64,000 nucleotides of DNA from Basidiobolus meristosporus CBS 931.73. Taxonomy: Eukaryota > Fungi > Basidiobolomycota. The notes beneath the pieces are model-generated. The model ran no database searches. It was not told where the DNA came from and saw nothing but the letters and a program-made list of their open reading frames with translations. The DNA lies in the NCBI GenBank assembly GCA_002104905.1, contig MCFE01000229.1, forward strand, positions 1 through 64,000. The letters are read 5' to 3'. A program made the translations under genes and the position numbers. Positions 62,529 through 64,000 of the stretch are shown here, in pieces (position 1 is the first letter of the stretch; every line of letters starts with the position of its first letter).

Positions 62529-62848
62529 CCCTATGAAAAATCCCAAACTTCAAATTCATTTGATTTTCAGCAGGTGTTCTGTTGGTATTGTAATGGTACT
62601 CTGCAGGCATTCAGCTGGTGCTTTTGGTCTGAAATTGCAAATGCAACTTTTGATGGAAGTAATGGGCAGCTGATAACCAATTTGGCATAGATGCTAATTG
62701 GCCTAGTCTCCTTCTGGAGAGTTTGGTTGCTTGCCTGCCCATCAGCTAACAACTGAGATATTGAAAGTTTTCAATTTTGAGAAACTTGGAATTCAGCTGA
62801 TATTATGATGGTTTTTTGCTGGCCTTTTCGGAATTTTTTTTCTTAGGG
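62529..62848. mobile_element. 320-bp MITE with CMC-type termini
   Basis: CCCTATGAAAAAT...TTTTTCTTAGGG, flanked by T runs on both sides. Absent from the other L1071 copies. Confidence 0.8.
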
Positions 62849-63493
62849 TTTTATCATTATACCAACTTGTTGATTAGTATGATCACTGCTACCTGCTGCT
62901 ACCTGAACTCCAACCTTTGATCAGAGTACACTCCCAGGAAACCATGCTGACAGTCAACTGACCATAGGGACACTACTTGTGAGGAATACTCAGAGTAGGT
63001 TTCTTTTATTATGTTTGACTCTTTCCCATATTTGCTCTTGTACAGGCAAAGATACTTTTCTGTCTTTGTACCTATTGACCACAGCTGCATTCATATCAAG
63101 TCCTTGCTGGTAGAGTTTATGGTTGTTTTGACTTTGGAAGCTTTAGTACATTGTCGTCTCAAAGGATGCTGAGTCCAGCACATACTTTTGTTAAGATGCT
63201 AACTAAGTTGGGGATTGTAGCTCTATTGTTTTCCTTTGACAAGCTTGTGGCTTTATTTCCCTTCACACCAGAGTAGAGACAGAACCCAAGTTTTCCTAGC
63301 AAGCTTTTGCCAGAGGTTATTGCACCCAGTGAACACCCCACACAAAGCACTTGAGAAGTGTTGGATGTATCTCTCCCTTGGACCTATACACCACCACAGC
63401 AGTGTCTTGCCTAACCCCATGAAGTTGTCAAAGTGATGAAGTGTTCTGAGGTATTAACTCCAACATTGTCAAAGTATGCTTTCTTGACTTCTT

Positions 63494-64000
63494 TGTTGTA
63501 AAAGTTTGTATTTCCACCTAAATATTCACCTAACTTAGTCACTTAGATCATCACCTTCAAATCCAAGAGAATACTGACCAAATTCCTTGTCAGGATTTAC
63601 TTAGAATATTTTCACCAAAATGCCAGATACCCAGAACATGAAAATTCTCAAAGTTGTCCAAACAGCCCCAAACTTTGCACACATGTTCTTGGGACCTTCC
63701 TTAACCTATTCTACATGTTTGTAATGCCAAGACCAGGTAAAGTATAAATATTACTTTTACACTCAATAAATCATTAAGTGAAAACCACATAATCTACTTG
63801 TTCTCCAAATCACTTCCAATATCTCCAAGACTCTTACAACAGGTTATGAGCCCCAAGCTGTCACTCTCTGCAATGTCTACTACTGCTATTACTGGAATTT
63901 TTCCCTCTGCTGAAAAGTTGGATAGATCTAACTACCAAGTGTGGAAGGTGAAGATGAAGATGCCGCTACAAGAAAGAGGCCTTTGGGATATTGTCATGGG
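63494..64000 (+). mobile_element. 5' end of a Copia family-2 element (LTR 63494-63841, PBS, gag start at 63873), runs off the window
   Basis: PBS GGTTATGAGCCCC directly after the LTR. Translation MSTTAITGIFPSAEKLDRSNYQVWKVKMKMPLQERGLWDIV resembles the gag start at 21608. Confidence 0.9.

Larger units (their letters stand above)
61655..63398 (+). mobile_element. Solo LTR of the L1071 family, reverse orientation, containing a Copia solo LTR and a MITE
   Basis: TGTAGTG...CACCACA is the reverse complement of 9143-10213 once the two inserts are removed. Flanks GAGG/GCAG are an imperfect TSD. Confidence 0.85.

Noticed and set aside
1-64000. rRNA, tRNA or recognisable host housekeeping genes
   Set aside because: None were seen. 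tRNA similarity is limited to the short primer-binding sites.

Overview
A eukaryotic transposon graveyard, probably fungal (inferred from the element types, not proven). I found no confidently identifiable host gene. Almost all 64 kb resolves into nested mobile elements. (1) One very recent, apparently intact Ty3/Gypsy element (24020-28957; LTRs identical by eye, single 1377-aa Gag-Pol ORF, tRNA-iMet PBS) with four decayed relatives. (2) A decayed chromovirus with a Tf1-like self-priming signature (6859-13816). (3) A full-length decayed Ty1/Copia element, plus solo LTRs and a 5' end from two Copia families. (4) A tRNA-Lys-primed Gypsy carrying only gag-protease. (5) About nine decayed or partial copies and a MITE of a CMC/EnSpm-type DNA transposon with CCCTATGA termini and a divergent second gene. 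(6) Two copies of a PHIS-superfamily (PIF/Harbinger-ISL2EU-Pangu-like) DNA transposon with AAT target duplications and an unknown second gene. Region 47886-59607 is a five-level nest with a target duplication readable at every level. The most unusual signals are: 4-bp TSDs centred on CpG for the TGTGGTGG-ended LTR group in a CpG-poor background; a block of about 290 bp with splice-like signals shared between one family's LTR and another family's 5' leader; four different reverse-transcription priming modes; and a ~1 kb non-TE orphan island (46896-47885). All comparisons were made by eye. No database searches or alignments were run.
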